The position numbers were made by a program, and so were the translations under genes. The notes beneath the pieces are model-generated. The model searched no databases, was not told where the DNA came from, and was given only the letters and a program-made list of their open reading frames with translations. Below are positions 41,051 to 55,797 of a DNA stretch of 64,000 nucleotides, piece after piece (the stretch's first letter is position 1; each line of letters opens with the position of its first letter). The DNA is from Octopus sinensis (Eukaryota). Location: positions 61,318,001-61,382,000 of the forward strand of contig NC_043005.1 of NCBI RefSeq assembly GCF_006345805.1, given 5' to 3'.

Positions 41051-43077
41051 ACATCTTCATTAACACCGAGTTTGAGTTGTGGATTAGAGTCGCACAAAAT
41101 GCTTTGTTGGCTTCCTATAAAGCGTTTAAAGGACTCACTTTCTGTCTCTTCATAGCGTTGCTGTCTTTCTTTAGTGGAGGGTTGTATTTTCTTGAGGGGG
41201 GAAATTGTGTACAAGGATAGGACCTGTAGAGTATGAGAAATACAGAAAGGAAAATGACGAGAGAATTAAAGCCAATATGCCAAGATCTCATGGGTGGATA
41301 TATTTATTATTCTCTACAATCAGTCTTAGTTTTGTTTTAATCTTTTACAGTAGATAAAATATTAACAATAAAGTATAGAAGTTACACTTCAAACTCCGAC
41401 ACACTGGAAGCGCGTGGTGTTGTATCGACGTAATCCAGTGGCTTTAACCATTTCTAGCTTAGTATCTTCTTTAACCCAAACAGTGTCTTGCAAATGATCC
41501 CACCCGATTGATTGCAAAAAAAGATCAGAGTAAAGATTGTCATAATTAAACAGAAGGTAATTTTGCGCAGTTGTTTATTATCCATATGTTGTTATATATG
41601 GATGTACCACTTGTTAGTTGTCTCTACGGACTACAAACTCCTATGTGAAATATTTAGAAAAATTACTAAATGGAATTTGGCTCATCATGAATAAAATCCC
41701 AGCTAACCCCGCTCATATTGTAACTACGACAAATTTTGTTAAACATGTATAAACAATGAGTATTGTGCCTGGTGTAAATGTATTTCTGAGAAAAATCATG
41801 ACATCCCTAACACTCAACACTATCTACAAAGGGGCTTTGATATTTTATGTGTCTGTGAATTCGCATGCTCAGAATGTTTCGTTATTACTGAGGCTAGCAT
41901 CCATTGATTTAAGCAACCATTATTTACACCAAATACAAAATAAAACACCTCACGGATTTCATTTGCATATATAGATATATTTGTTTGTAGCTCAATAACA
42001 AAATCCTTTACACGTGCACTTCATTATTAATTATTAAAGATCCTACACATGAATATGAATGCTTGTTCAATACTTAATGTAAGAAATAGCAGATGGTGGA
42101 GAGAAGTGAGAAATCTAAGCGAGTAGGTGATATAGTAGTAATACATTATTTGGCTAAATAGTTGAAGAAGGAATATTAAATTGGTAGCGAACACGAGATA
42201 TTGAAATGTAGATAGACGCAAAATGGGTTTTATGTCAATGGTCTCCTACACTGCTTTCTGATAGATGAAAATCAATATGCCTTGTGTACTTAAACACAAG
42301 AGTAATTTATCTGGGATCTGAGACAATATTTATATACATATAGTGTAATTATTTACTGATACATTGAAATTATTCTGTACGGAAGCACACACTCAAACAT
42401 GACTAAGTATGTACACATGTAAGCATACATACAAGCATACACCACACACACACACGCACGCACACACATACACACACACACACTTACACACGCACACAGA
42501 TATAATAGGTGAGTGATGGAGATAGTGACAGCGAGAAAAAGACTTATCACTTATACCATCATATATATTTGCAACAGAAAAATAAATACTCACACACAGA
42601 TATTCAATTATACGTACATACTGACATACACACTATAGCTGGAATCTCATTTTAAAAATATAATATTTGTATGAAATATAAATGCAAGACGATTAGAGAA
42701 AAGATTATTGATTAACGTACATAAAGTACTGGAATAAACCCTCAAACGTTGTATGTTCTAATGTCTAATGCATCCTTCATTCTAAATTTTGAGTGATTTC
42801 AAGCAGGTGGAACAACTTCGTAAAAAAAAAAAAAAAAAAAAAACAGCCATTTCAATTCACGTCATGCAACCAGAAAGGAGCTGTTTTAAAATTTTCGTGC
42901 CATGAAACAACACTGAATTCCTAGTAGATAATTACATTCCAAACATAACACTGTACTCTATATACGCATGTCCCTTTATGAAACATGAAAACACTCTCTC
43001 GACTTAATGATATACGTTCAGATAAGCAACTCTGCTTTCCAGCCTAGCCCACATCTAAACCTCATTTTACAGCGCAA

Positions 43078-43118
<41 letters not shown>

Positions 43119-44042
43119 TACTATTATTATTATCATTATTATTATTATTATTATTCATTAATTTATCTGTGTACCCACACAGCATCGTTTATTTCATGGC
43201 GGGTGTTATAGTAAACTTACGAAACCCTATGTTCAATTCAATTCAATTAAATTCTCTCTCACTTTAATGCTCATTTTTCATTCATTCAGTTATTTATCTA
43301 TTTTTGTCACAAATGTTTGGCTTACTCCATACTGTAGGTTATAGTCATCGCTATAGTTAACGTTAAGAATGCAAATGTTCAATTCTATTTACTCTTGCTC
43401 TAAATCCCGAAAATTCTATCTCTTCAAGTTTGTTTTCGACCAGCCCTTATTCTGGAAAATTTTTACCGCTCTACCTCTGTTTCGTTAGTCATTTGCTTTT
43501 CGCATATTCATTGTCAGTTAATTAGTAGCTAGCTTTGTCTGTGGCCATGCCACATTGGTTTCTGCTAGGGAATAGGGTTGCCAGAGTACTTGAATGTCAT
43601 TCGTTCTTCACTGTCATTTACCATTTTTACAGATGCTTGTGTGTAATTCAGAGAAGATATCGGTGATTTTGTTATTAGCTTGTCTCATAATACAGGAAAC
43701 TATAGACGCTATATTGTCACAGTATCAACTAATTTCATATCACTGACTTGATTGTAGTTTTATCTTGAATCTTTCGTCTTGTATATTATCTATGTAGCAC
43801 AATTTTAGGTATTACGTGTATGATACCATATGAAATTTAATCTACAGCACACACAATTTGTCAGGCATTATTAATTGGACGAAATTTATTAGGTATCATA
43901 TTCCAGTGTTGACGTTGATTCGTTTATATCTCATCTTGAAGCTAATACAACAAATACTTAAATGCAGCCCAATGTACATAATGATATTCTAGACTGAGGT
44001 TAAACTTTACTCTTCAAGTACAGTTCTAGTTGGAACAATTAA

Positions 44043-44382
44043 AGCGCATATCTATCATCCAGCATGCTCGTTGGAAGAATTGGTTTTTAAATAAGTTATA
44101 TGCATCCATCTGAGGTGTGTGTGAGGAGGTTAGGCAACAAGAGACATGGGCATAATGCTCCGAGTTCGATTCTTTGTCCCGGATGTGTATTGTGTTCGTC
44201 AATAAGATAATCATAGCGCATGTCTATCCTCCAGCATGCTTTTCGAAGGATTGGTTTTTAAATAAGTTATATGCATTCATCTGAGGTGTGTGTGAGGAGG
44301 TCAGGCAACTAGAGACACGGGCATAATGCTCCGAGTTCGATTCTTTGTTTCGGATGTGTATTGTGTTCATCAGTAAGATAAT
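44043..44382 (+). repeat. ~172-bp tandem duplication including a decayed SINE head
   Basis: agcgcat.tctatc.tccagcatgct...ccgagttcgattcttt...gtattgtgttc occurs twice. Confidence 0.85.
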
Positions 44383-44998
44383 TTACTTCACGTTGCATCT
44401 AACCATCTAGTTGGTTAAAATGAATATCAAGTCTGGTATAACACCTTGTCAACGTCAAGTAAGCCCGGCAGCGCTGATAAGTGATTAGTATAACTAAAAA
44501 CATTCCGATAGGAAGAGCGATTTGGGAAGCAATATGAAGCAATATCCTATCTTTACTCCGTTTTACTTTTTCCGTTGATTTTTTTTATTTATTATTATTT
44601 TTTTATTTTTTGCTATTTACTCATTCAGTGATATAGAACGCATTTACAAACATTTTACCGCAACATTCGGTGCATCGATTAATATGAAGAGAATCGGAAA
44701 CCAAACCAATCGTAACATGGTGTAGATTCAAATATTAAAAAATGAACTTTTCATCTCTAGAAAAATGAGGTTAATAGTCTGGAAATATATAATCATATTA
44801 ATAAGAAATCATCAAAGACAGCTTCTTCACACCATTTCTTGCAGAGAACGTAATGAAATAAAACCTAATTGGAATAGCGAGACTTTAGTTATTAAACGCA
44901 TTTTCTTGCTATAGTTTATAAGAAAAAAGAATAGATAATCTACAGCAAGATTTGAATAATTTGCCTCTATGTGTGTGTGTATGTGTCATATATATATA

Positions 44999-45031
<33 letters not shown>

Positions 45032-45039
45032 ATGATAGG

Positions 45040-45229
45040 TCGGTAACACTACGCAGATTTTTTTCTCTTCTTGTTTCTCTCATTGTTTTTTTCTGTGTCC
45101 CTTTCTGTAGAAGAGCGTAGGCTCGAAACGTAAAAAACTTTTTTCTATTCCTGAGCTTTATACTAATACATCTGTTTGTTTTGTACACCACCTGTCTTCG
45201 TATTTTGTTTTTTTCTTCGTGAACTCTCC

Positions 45230-45232
<3 letters not shown>
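45040..45232 (+). mobile_element. PLE-like 3' end in (TA)n with a variant minimal hammerhead motif
   Basis: ctgtaga-a-gagc-gtag-gctc-gaaa-cgta at 45105-45132; (TA)n on both sides. Confidence 0.55.
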
Positions 45233-45275
<43 letters not shown>

Positions 45276-46692
45276 TTAAATTCTCTCCTTGTGCTATATA
45301 AACACTTAAGGTGATTTTATAGTCAGATACTGGCTGCTATTTTCAGCATGGTGGTATCTCGTAGATACCCTAAGTTATAATTTTAAATTTACATATGTAC
45401 GCATGCACATACAGCGAAGCATGCATGTAAATATATGTGTATGTATATATGTATATATGCATATTGAGAGAGAAAGATAGTTGCATGCATGCATACATAC
45501 ATACATGTATGCACATATATACATGGATGCATACATACCTATAAATACATATGCACACGTGAATTCATATTACTCAGATATATTGTATTTGATGTGGTAA
45601 AATATATGATGGGCTTTCATTACGACAGCTGAGCAGTAGAAAATACATCTTCATAACGTCCGTTCTATAAGAAGGCTCCAATTGATATTAATCACATGCG
45701 ATGTTCGCTTGTAGATTGTTCTGATAGAATGACCTTAATTTATAAATCATCTCTATCTGATTGGCTAATAACATTGATGAAATCGAGCTTGAAATCACTT
45801 CGTGGAAACTTTTATAATATTTATTTTCTAGTTATACTTCATCTGACTTTAATTTGTAGATCATTATCATCCTCTTCGTCACCGCTATCATCATCATCAT
45901 TATAAACATTTATCGTCATCACCTCACCCCCCACTATATTCATCGTAATTAATGTTGTCATCGTTATCATCACAGTTGTCAGCTTCGACGTCGTAGTCGT
46001 AATAACAACTCCGCGATCTCTTATTTTTCCGCTAAAATCTATACTACAGTGTTGTATAGTTGGCAAATTTATATTAAATTCGTCTACTTCTCGTTCGTCA
46101 CGATTGCATTCAACTTTATCACCATCATCGTCATTATCATTATCAGCATCGTCATCATCTGTCATTATCATCAAGATCATCATTAGTGGATTAGCAGAAC
46201 CTCCTTTACAAAATTATTTGTGGTATTTCCTCCGGGTGTTTGTACACTAACTTCTAATCCCTCTAAGATCGATGAAGCAAACTAATAGTCTAGTGCTGGG
46301 TTGAATGGTATCAACTGACCACTTCCCTTCAAAGATTCAGGCATTGTGCCTAAATTAGGACCGATTGTTATTTTTTGTTGTCGTCGTTATTATCATCATG
46401 AGCTGGCAGAATCGTTGCAGAGTCGGATCAAAATGCGCAGTGGAATTTCCTCTAGCCCACTACGTTTTGAGCTCAAATCCCATCGAGAACACCATTGCTT
46501 TTCGTCCTTTCAGGTTCGATAAACAAGATTTATACCCTTAAAAGCGACTCCATTCTCCCTATCAACGTCTTCATAGCAGTGGCCACAGATATATACAAGA
46601 TAATACTATTATCAAACTCCACACAGCAGGGGATATAGCATTCGCTGAACTGAAGCAGAAACACAATGAGTATATATTATCACCCTTTTAAG

Positions 46693-46783
46693 GCTGTAAA
46701 TGCATTAAAAACTCTGAAAGGAGTATACCTACAATTGCGACAAAAGGAAAGCAAGAACGTTGACAATTTTATTCGAGTACAAG
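46693..46783 (+). CDS. Candidate host exon (AVNALKTLKGVYLQLRQKESKNVDNFIRVQ)
   Basis: cccttttaag acceptor, AG/gtaaga donor, open in phase 0; no recognisable homology. Confidence 0.3.
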
Positions 46784-46952
46784 GTAAGAGTTGTACTGTA
46801 TGAAAGTTGTGTGGAGTTCCATATACACACCAAGAAAAGATGGTAATAGTGAACGGTTTTAGACTTACGCCTCAATGATGAACAGATTTAGAAAAAAAAG
46901 CATCAAGTGAAAAAAGACGTGTATATATATATATTTATATATATATATCTTT

Positions 46953-47858
46953 ACACTGGGATATATGAGACGGATCAAAGATAATGCCTACACATCTGGT
47001 CATTAAGTTACAATGAAGTGAACAACATATCTGTAGTATTCATATGATTATTCGCTTGCACTTGAAAATGATCACAGTGTGCTAATTATCGGCACAGCAA
47101 TATCAAAACACAAAGTTATAGACGTGTGAACTGAAACGTTAATGAATTGCACTGCTTTAATGTTCAATAAAAGACTTATTAGCAATTAACGAATATGTGG
47201 ATTATTTTATTTGAAAATAGCACAAGGTTGGTGACACACAGCCACTTCTGAAGACATAGGAACGTGATAGACATAGGAACGTTCCAGAAAATATAAATTA
47301 TTGGATCAGGAAATATTGTTAGGGCATTCTCACAGAGAATCGGCGAATTGACAGTAACTCAGCCCGTTGGAGAAAAGGATATATGGTATCTTCTCCTGTT
47401 CTCTGCGACTTGAGTTTAGATACCATTGATATCAAATTAAATTTTCATCTTTTTAAGGCACTAGATTGCCGGAACTGTTAGAAGATTGAGCGAGATGTTT
47501 TGTGTATGTTCTGGCTTTACTTTTGCGTACCTTCCAAGTAAATTTTTTAATATCGTTTCAAAAAGTGGATGTGTGTTATCAGATTTGTGCTATTTTTCAA
47601 ATAGAATATTTAAAACATTCATTAATTGCTGTAAAGCCATTTGTTCTACACCTAAAGCGGTGTAAATCATTAGCTAAGCAGCTCACATGTGTATAACGCC
47701 GTTGTTTCTTCATATTGCCGTGCCGATAATTAGCATATCACTGTCATTTTTAAATACAGGTGAGTGTTCACATTCGTAATACAGATATGCTGTTCGTTAA
47801 AACTGAGTGATTAGATGTATAAGGAACATCTTTGATACGTTTTCTATAGTCCAGCATA
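46953..47858. mobile_element. Old non-autonomous DNA element with ~300-bp diverged terminal inverted repeats
   Basis: atcaaagat, catatctgta, tgctaattatcggcac and tttgaaaatagcacaa (46955-47260) are mirrored in reverse order at 47550-47855. Confidence 0.75.
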
Positions 47859-49169
47859 TAATGATGTATCTAATGTAAAAGATACTGAGATATAGATATT
47901 AAGATATATATATATATACAAACATAAATACATACAAACATATTAGTTGCATTCTCGTATATGATCAAAGCCATTGCTAGAAAGAATAACTGAAATGAAT
48001 CAATGTTGATGAAATGTGAGACCCTTGTATGACGATTGAGCCCAGCGAAAGTTTTGCACAAAATGCACAGAAGAAACAGGTGTCATAGTATGAACTCTTT
48101 CGACATGCCTTTTCAATCCTACAACATTCCCATAGGTTGCATATATTCTGCATATATTCTCACAATTTACCATGTGTCGATTCCTGTTAGTTCTCCGATG
48201 GCTGACCAGACACGTACGCTCAAGCACCTCCTGCCTCAAACAACACACACAAAAAGCAACAATCCTACATTTTCCACAGATTCATTCCTTCTAAGCCTTG
48301 TCTTAATCTTCTCGTATTCATTCGCTTTTCTTCAAACCTCCAACAAACACTGTACACTCTCTCTCCTCCATCCATTTCGTTCTTGTTCCTCCCTATCCAA
48401 TACAACAACTGAGGTCAATGCAATTGATTTACCGCCTTTACCGAACTTGCTGGCCTTGTGCCAACATTTGAAATCAATATAACCAGTGAGTTGTGTGTTA
48501 TACTTCGAAGCGATGCACGTTACCAGAATTTCCAACCAAGTCGAATAGAGGAAACGACTCTAAATTCTAAATTCATTTACAAAGAGAAATGTGACCGTTT
48601 TGTAAAAGTGTAGATCTTTTAAAACAAGCGTGCATTATGCTATCATAAAACTGTAAACCCACGTAAATGCTTACATTCATTTGAAAGCACAGAAAGCATT
48701 ATCTTTATGCATACATGTGAGTTGGTGGGGTAGACTATGTGTGTGTTTGGTAATACATAGATATATGTATACAAACATAAATATATACACAAAATCTAAG
48801 TGTTATTAAATGATGGTTATTTGAGTGCTAATTCCCATATCCTAAATGTAAATGAATAAATATATTTCTCTATAGCAGTAAACATTACTAAATATTATAT
48901 TGCACTTTCGCTTGCTAAAACATCAACAGAGTTTTCCTTTTTTTTTTTTTGGTAACAATGTTGGTGAAGGAATCTACTTCAGTTGACGTCATTGCTTTGA
49001 ACTGTTTGGAAGGAAAATGATTACTCATTGTTTCAGTATTATAATCTTTTCCGCTCTCGACACAAGGCCCGAAATTTTGGGGGAGGTGGCCAGTCGATTA
49101 GATCTACCCCAGTACTTAACTGGTACTTAATTTATGTTTCAATATTGTAATATTAAAACGATAAGTTAG

Positions 49170-50062
49170 GTGACAAGCTGGCAGAATCGTTAGGATGCCG
49201 GGCAAAATTCTTAGCAACATTTCGTCCGCCTTTACGCTCTGAGTTCACATTCCGCTGAGGTCGAATTCGCCTTCTCTTATTTCGGGGTTGATAAAATAAC
49301 TACTAGTTGAATACTGGAGGTCGATATAATCTACTTGGAGCTTCTCCAAAACTTGCTGGCCTTGTGCCAAAATTTGAAACCAATATTAAAACAATTAGCG
49401 ACTATAACTTTAAAGAAAGCTCTGCTCTCTATGTTGCCCCTTTTGGTCTCCTATTATGAACCAGTAATAAATTGTACTATTTCATTTAACCATGTTTGTA
49501 CTCTCTCTTCCTTTTCACCAAATTGAAATCACCAGTCATAAAAGTTGAAGTCAGGAAAAGGTCATGAAGACAAACTAATTTAAGTTTTGAAGTTTTTGCT
49601 AAAATATTAAATGTTACAGCCATGAGGTCTACAACACAAAATATACAACAGACAAAACTTAAGGGCTTCAATTCTCTCCAAAAAAAATCAGACGTTAATT
49701 TTGGAAATTTCTCGAAAAATTTGTTCACAATTTGAGAACAGCTCATCCAAACTAAAATCAAAATTAGACACATTACAATGTCAGTCATCTGAACTTCCTC
49801 CATCTACTAAATACAATGCTATCTACAAAATACGGATACCAAACATAATATAATAATATGGATCTTTAAGGCGGGGAGCTGGCAAAATGCTGAGCGGCAT
49901 TTCGTCTTTTTTATGTACTGAGTTCACATTCCGACGAGGTCAACTTTGGCTTCTATCTTTTCGGGGTCGATAAAGTAAGTACCAGTTGAACACTGGGGCC
50001 GATGTAATCGGCTCACTCCTTTTTCATTAATTACTGGATTAGTGCCAAAGTTTAAAATCAGT
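49170..50062 (+). mobile_element. SINE A copies (49170-49385, 49868-50062); further copies near 46400, 49050 (-), 52685
   Basis: agctggcagaatcgttagg...gagttcacattccgctgaggtcga...ggccttgtgccaaaatttgaaacc. Confidence 0.8.
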
Positions 50063-51329
50063 TATATGGATCTTTACAGATAAATTCCCAAAACAAACAA
50101 AGGTAATTTAAAGATAAATTGTTCTATAACTGTATGAAAACAAAATATATTTTTGACTAAAATATGTATTTTTAAATTGTATGGATTTCGGATACTAGCC
50201 AGGATAATGTTATTTATTCATCAATGTTAACAGTTTATCAATATCAAGATGTTTTGCCTCAGGTCGACTCCAGTTACGCAGACTCATTAACAGAGTCACG
50301 TTAACCAAAGCAACCATTTGTATAAGTGTGTAAGTCTTGTACATTTTGAGGGGTTTTTTTTCTTATCCAAGACACAAAGATGCAATAAGGAGACTTTTAG
50401 TTACTATTTATGCTCGATCGATTGACTCATAAGTGCTCCTTCGATGACTCAATAGACCATAGTAGTGATGACTGAGGTTAGAAAATATTATACATGTAAC
50501 AGAGTACTTAATGGGCCGTATCATATCTATATTCCTTCATTCTAACAGGATATTATATTGATTTAATATTTTACCTGGATAAATGCAGGTTGCTTCCACT
50601 AACATTTCCGCGAATTTATCCGATAAAGTTGTGGTACAGCAAAGTGGAGACTCCTTGCTGTCAGTTGTGGCTTGTTAGAGTTATCATTCGTAGGATAATA
50701 TTTGTAGGAACTTGTTTCTCATTTATATTAGAAAGAGACTGTGTTTATCATTTGCGGAATGTGTTATAAATGATATAATTATATTTGTAACATTTTAGAT
50801 GGACTCATTGACAACTGATGTATAATTGCACCACATTCTCGAGGTAACAAAAAAGAAAACTAAAAGGGAAATACATATGTATGTATGTATCTATGTATGT
50901 ATGTATGTATATATGTGTGTATGTATGTATGTGTATTAGTAACAAATATTTACTATCACATATCAGTGAAGACGGTGAGTATGGTGTTAACGTATGTGTT
51001 CTGTATAATATATGTTTTTGTACGTTTCTGAAATAGTATAGACTGCCTGTCCACTGAGTATGCCCGTTACCATGGTAAAAGGGATAGACAGACAGACAGA
51101 CAGACAGACAGAGGAGAGGTGATCAATATCAGTAAGGTTAAGGTTGCACTTTTTATAGGTTTCACTTAATAGAAACACATCTGGATTTAGAAGCGTAGAG
51201 AAAAAGACTCACTATGGGATGAAAAGATGTTCAGTGCCAGTAATGTTAGCGCGTGAATTTGTCAATAGATGCGTACATACACACATTCAGATACATTTGT
51301 GAATGTATATAGGTTTATATGTATGTACA

Positions 51330-51775
51330 TCACTTTTAAATTTCATTTCAAGATTTCTTGCCAATAGATTTGTATGTTTTGTTTTATGTATGTATTGTCA
51401 TGTATGTAGTTGTTTAGATATGAGTATATATACTTAAATTATAAACTTCTGGAAAGTTTTACAAATTTTTACAGTTCCAGTCATGGCTTGGGTCTGTAGA
51501 CTTTGAATCAGCTTTCTAGTTTCTGGTTTTGATAGGCCTAATTTCTCAAGATTGGTACTTAGGCAATGTGTTACATATCGCAGCTCCCCAATAATTACAG
51601 GTATAAACCTGAAGTTGTAATTTAGGAAGAGTAACTGCAGATATCTCAATAGTTCAGCGTGGGTATTTTCTTTTTCGCGGATAATTAGCCTTATGTTAAT
51701 ACCGCTGGGAAGATGATTTGCACTACAGTACACAGTTTCTCTTCTCTGTTACATATAACTATGACAGGTCTATTA
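51330..51775 (-). mobile_element. 3' end of another RLE-type LINE
   Basis: REKENTHAELLRYLQLLF..FIPVIIGELRYV..LEKLG..GTVKICKTF matches an RLE C-terminus; (TACA)-like tail. Confidence 0.75.
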
Positions 51776-53225
51776 TATATGTGTGTGTATGTATGTATGT
51801 ATGTATGTATGTATATCAAGGTGTACCAACGAGGGAAAAATTCGATCATGTAGATGCAAAACTTTTTTATTTATTCATTCAAAACTGACAGATTACTCCC
51901 TAGCGCATTGTGTAAATTCCTCATTTAAAAAAAAAGGATAGAATAGTAATTCGACAAAATTGTATCACTTGCATATTTGTCCTTAAAAGCTTCTTTAATT
52001 TGTTTAATATATAATAGCTTAAATATTCTTTCTTTACTTTTTCTCTTCGTTTTTTCTCCGCCTCATACGCATTTCGTATTTATATCATGTTTCTTTAGAA
52101 AAAAATACATACCATTCGCTTCTTTCAAACTATTTAATTATGTACTCCTTCCTAGTATTCTAGAATTTTTCATAGATGTTCCAATGGGTTAGTTTTCTAA
52201 AGTTGATCTATCAGCTTCATAGTACATCTTGTTTACATCAGCTGGAATTGTAGTGTCTCACTAATACAGAATTATTTCACAATTTACTTTCTGATTCTCT
52301 GATGCCAAGATTGATGAGATGTTTGTCTGGCCTAACTCATCAAAATACTTTTACGCTAGATATACAGAAATAGACTTTTTGCTTTATTATTATCGCTAAT
52401 TAAATTATTCATTTCGGTTCAACTTTCAACTTTCTTTTTAGCGATAATGTATCACCGAGATGATTATAATGATCAATAATATTGAAGGCACTGAGTGCGG
52501 TAGATCGTGAGAAAAATTATATCTTTAGACATAATATCTTACAGAATATATATAGTGCACTTAAAACACGAGGTCTGCATTGCATTTCATCCTTCAAGGG
52601 TGGACAACAGAATATTACCAGTAAAGTACTGCGATTGATGTAATCGACTGTTCCCCCTTCATCCAAAATTCAGGCCCAACACAGGGTAAAATGCTTAGCT
52701 TTATTTCGTCCGTCTTTACTGTCTGATTTCAAATTGCGCCGAGGGCGATTTTGTCTTTCGTCTTTTCTGATTCGGTAAAATTACTACCTGCTGAGCACTG
52801 GGGTTCGATGTAACTGACAATTGCTGGCCTTGTACCAACATTTGAAATTGCAGTTTCACAAACACTCGAACACTGGATATCAAACTTTGGTCAGATACAA
52901 ATCCATACAAACACACTCACATACATACATACATACATACATACATACATACATACATACATACATACATGTATACATTCATGCATATTTATATATACAT
53001 ATATATATATTTAAATCAAAGAAGTATTATTACCGTTATTAATGATAATAATGATAATAAAAAGGTGGTTAGAAAGTTTACACCTTTACAGGTAAAATAT
53101 ATTCAGATTCAGTAGGGTACTTGAATACCACTTGCTATAAACAGAGCCATCGCTCCAAAACCACCAATAATTCGCTATTAAAATACACACGGGGAAGGCA
53201 ACGAATATAGGAGAAACAGGCTTAC

Positions 53226-53284
53226 CTTGCGTGGAATACAGAAGTAAGTAATGTGTATATTTCAGTATCAATTGATTTCGTCAC
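53226..53284 (-). CDS. Candidate micro-exon (VTKSIDTEIYTLLTSVFHA)
   Basis: Minus strand ttttatacag acceptor, AG/gtaagc donor, one open frame; may be chance. Confidence 0.2.
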
Positions 53285-53521
53285 CTGTATAAAAACACAT
53301 ACTTTGAACTCATCAGTTGAAAATAACACTGACATCTATTTCTGAAATATTCATCACATTACCTCGTGTGCGTTCTTTACTTTAAACGTCCCTGTGACAT
53401 TCAAAACAAAACTATCGTGAGCCAGTATAAATTTCAATCAAATTATTATTACTGTTATTAATAATAATGATAAGGTGGTTACTAAGTTTACACCTGAATA
53501 TGAAGATGTATATATATATAT

Positions 53522-53600
53522 ATTTATTAAAATTTTATGTATTGATTAAGTCTTTCCTTGTTTGTTTTGCAAAATAGTGGTTTTGTCTCTAATAATATTT
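53522..53600 (+). mobile_element. Solo 3' end of the 27788 fold-back family in (TA)n
   Basis: gtattgattaagtctttccttgtttgttttgcaaaatagtggttttgtctctaat. Confidence 0.7.
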
Positions 53601-54247
53601 TATATATATATATATATATATATACTATAGGCTTCATTCTGTTTCCGTCTACCAAATCTCACGAGTCTTGTCTTTTGCTGCCCCAAAAGTCATCTGCCCA
53701 AGCTGCCATGTAGTGGGACTGAACAAAGAATAAAATGCTTGTGAAGCAAACATCTTACAATACAGTGCAATACCACTAATGATAGAAAGTTGATGATTAA
53801 ATCGCCTCTAATAATTGCGTATTATATATCAAACCAGCTAGCTTGAAATGCTAGATAAAGGAGCTAAACCAAATCTCACTCAAATCACTCAGTATTAACT
53901 CAGAGAAGGATACGTAGGACAGATCGTTCTTGGGTTTCTTCTTCTTAGGAAAAAGACCTAATACTCACGGTTAGAATACCTTTGATGATACGTCTGCTCG
54001 ATCAGTGCTAATCCGAGGACTCGAGCAGAACACCAGCAACAACAAAAGTATACACTGCTATGGATCACAGGGAATTTGAAATCGGTGCCATATAAAAACC
54101 TGAATATTAAAGAAATATTACTAATATCAGAGGTCCTTTTGCTCAGTGCTGTACTAATTTTGAGCTACGTTTAATTATTGATATGTTTGTCACCTGTTGT
54201 TATTTAGGATTCCTGTTAACAATTTTTTTTTTCTTTTTATTCTCCAG

Positions 54248-54308
54248 CTTTCTCTACAATGCAAAATCTACGGACTTACAGGAATGAGGTTTCCTGGGAC
54301 AGCAGGAA
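54248..54308 (+). CDS. Candidate host exon (FSTMQNLRTYRNEVSWDSR or LSLQCKIYGLTGMRFPGTAG)
   Basis: Long polypyrimidine tract plus ccag acceptor; gtaagt donor. Confidence 0.35.
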
Positions 54309-54344
54309 GTAAGTATGCATCGTAACTTTTAATTCTGCGTAATA

Positions 54345-55637
54345 TACGGGGGTGGGCTGAAAAGTTCATAGGCTGACAATGGAGGAATTATACTAGAGCT
54401 ATGAAATATTGCATGCATTAATTTCAGATGTTCTTATAAAAATCTGAACTTCTTTTTCCAAGTAAACAGAAGGCATATTTTTCAAGGAAGACTTCAAAAT
54501 TAGCTAGTACGGATTTTTCTTGAAAATCGCCAACATTTGCCATCGTTGTTTTATCATATAATGCAGAAAAAGGGTTTAACCCCTAATGACATTCATGCTG
54601 ACATGGTTACTAGATTATGAGATGACACTCCAGATTTATCAACGAGGCAAAAGTAGGCAGCGAATTTCGAGGGGAAGAGAGGATCTTGAAGATGACCAAG
54701 GGTCTGCACGTTCTGAAGCCACCACCACCGAGGAAAACATTGATTGTGTTCACCAAATGGTGACGGATGACAGGCAACTCACGACAAATCAAATAGTCTA
54801 AATTATCGGCATATGTAGTGAGATAGTTGAAAATATTCTGCACAATGAACTTGGAATGATGAAGGTTTCTGCTTGGTGGTTGCCACGTCTTCTGACACCT
54901 GGTCAAAAGCGCACTAGGCTGAATAGAATCATGGGAAAATCTGACAGGTTGAGGTAGAACCATCTGATTTCCTTGAATGTTTCCTAACTCAGGATTAATG
55001 TTTTGCTCATCACTCAGGGACAGAGACAAAGAGACAATCTAAACCGTGCAAACACCCCTACTCACCTGGTCCAAAGAAGACCATAGTCGCTTCATGCGCA
55101 GGAATGATGGTGGCCTCAGTTTGGAGGATGTAAAAGTATTGTGCTTATTGACGTTCTTCAAATGAGCCAGAGTATTAATAGAGAGTACGATGCGAACTTA
55201 CTCAGGCAGTTACAAAAGTCTATCAAGACCAAGCCCGAGGAAATCTAACAGAAGATATCTTGTCTTTTATTCAACAGTACAACGCTCCAGTACACAACTC
55301 CTTGGTTTTAATGGCTACTTTGCCTGAGTATGACTTTGAACTGGTTGATCATTATTCCTATTCCCTTGATTTGGTCTCATCTGACTATCATGTTTCCTAG
55401 TATGAAACGACACTTGGCTGGTGGCCATTATCGAAGTGACGATGATGTCATAACCGCTGTTGATGACTTTTCTGACTAACAGAATGAAAGCTTCTTCACC
55501 ATTGGAATCCAAGCGCAGCAACACCGTTGTAGGAGTTGTGCGGACTGCAAGGAGAGATATGTGTTTAAAAATAAACCTCATCTGGTGACATTCTTTGTGT
55601 CTTGATCACCCTATAAACTTTTCAGTTATCCCTCGTG
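54345..55637 (+). mobile_element. Near full-length decayed mariner transposon
   Basis: TIRs cggggg.tgggctgaaaagttcatagg.tga / tcaccctataaacttttcagttatccctcg; LEDDQGSARS, KVSAWWLPRLLT, a (D)NAPVH-like motif and a YSPDL-like region; ~1.3 kb. Confidence 0.9.
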
Positions 55638-55654
55638 TGTGTATTCGTTTTCAA

Positions 55655-55797
55655 TGGTGGAACTTGCAGTAGATAAAGCAATAAATAATACAGCTTAAGC
55701 TTTGGATTAAAAAGCATTTCGGGTAAGAACAATTTTTTAAACCCAATATTTAGACGCTATCATTTATGGCTTTATCTACTTCGAGTTTCACCGTTAA
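55655..55797. mobile_element. Small palindromic MITE-like element
   Basis: atggtggaacttgcagtagataaagcaataaat pairs with atttatggctttatctacttcgagtttcaccgt. Confidence 0.55.
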
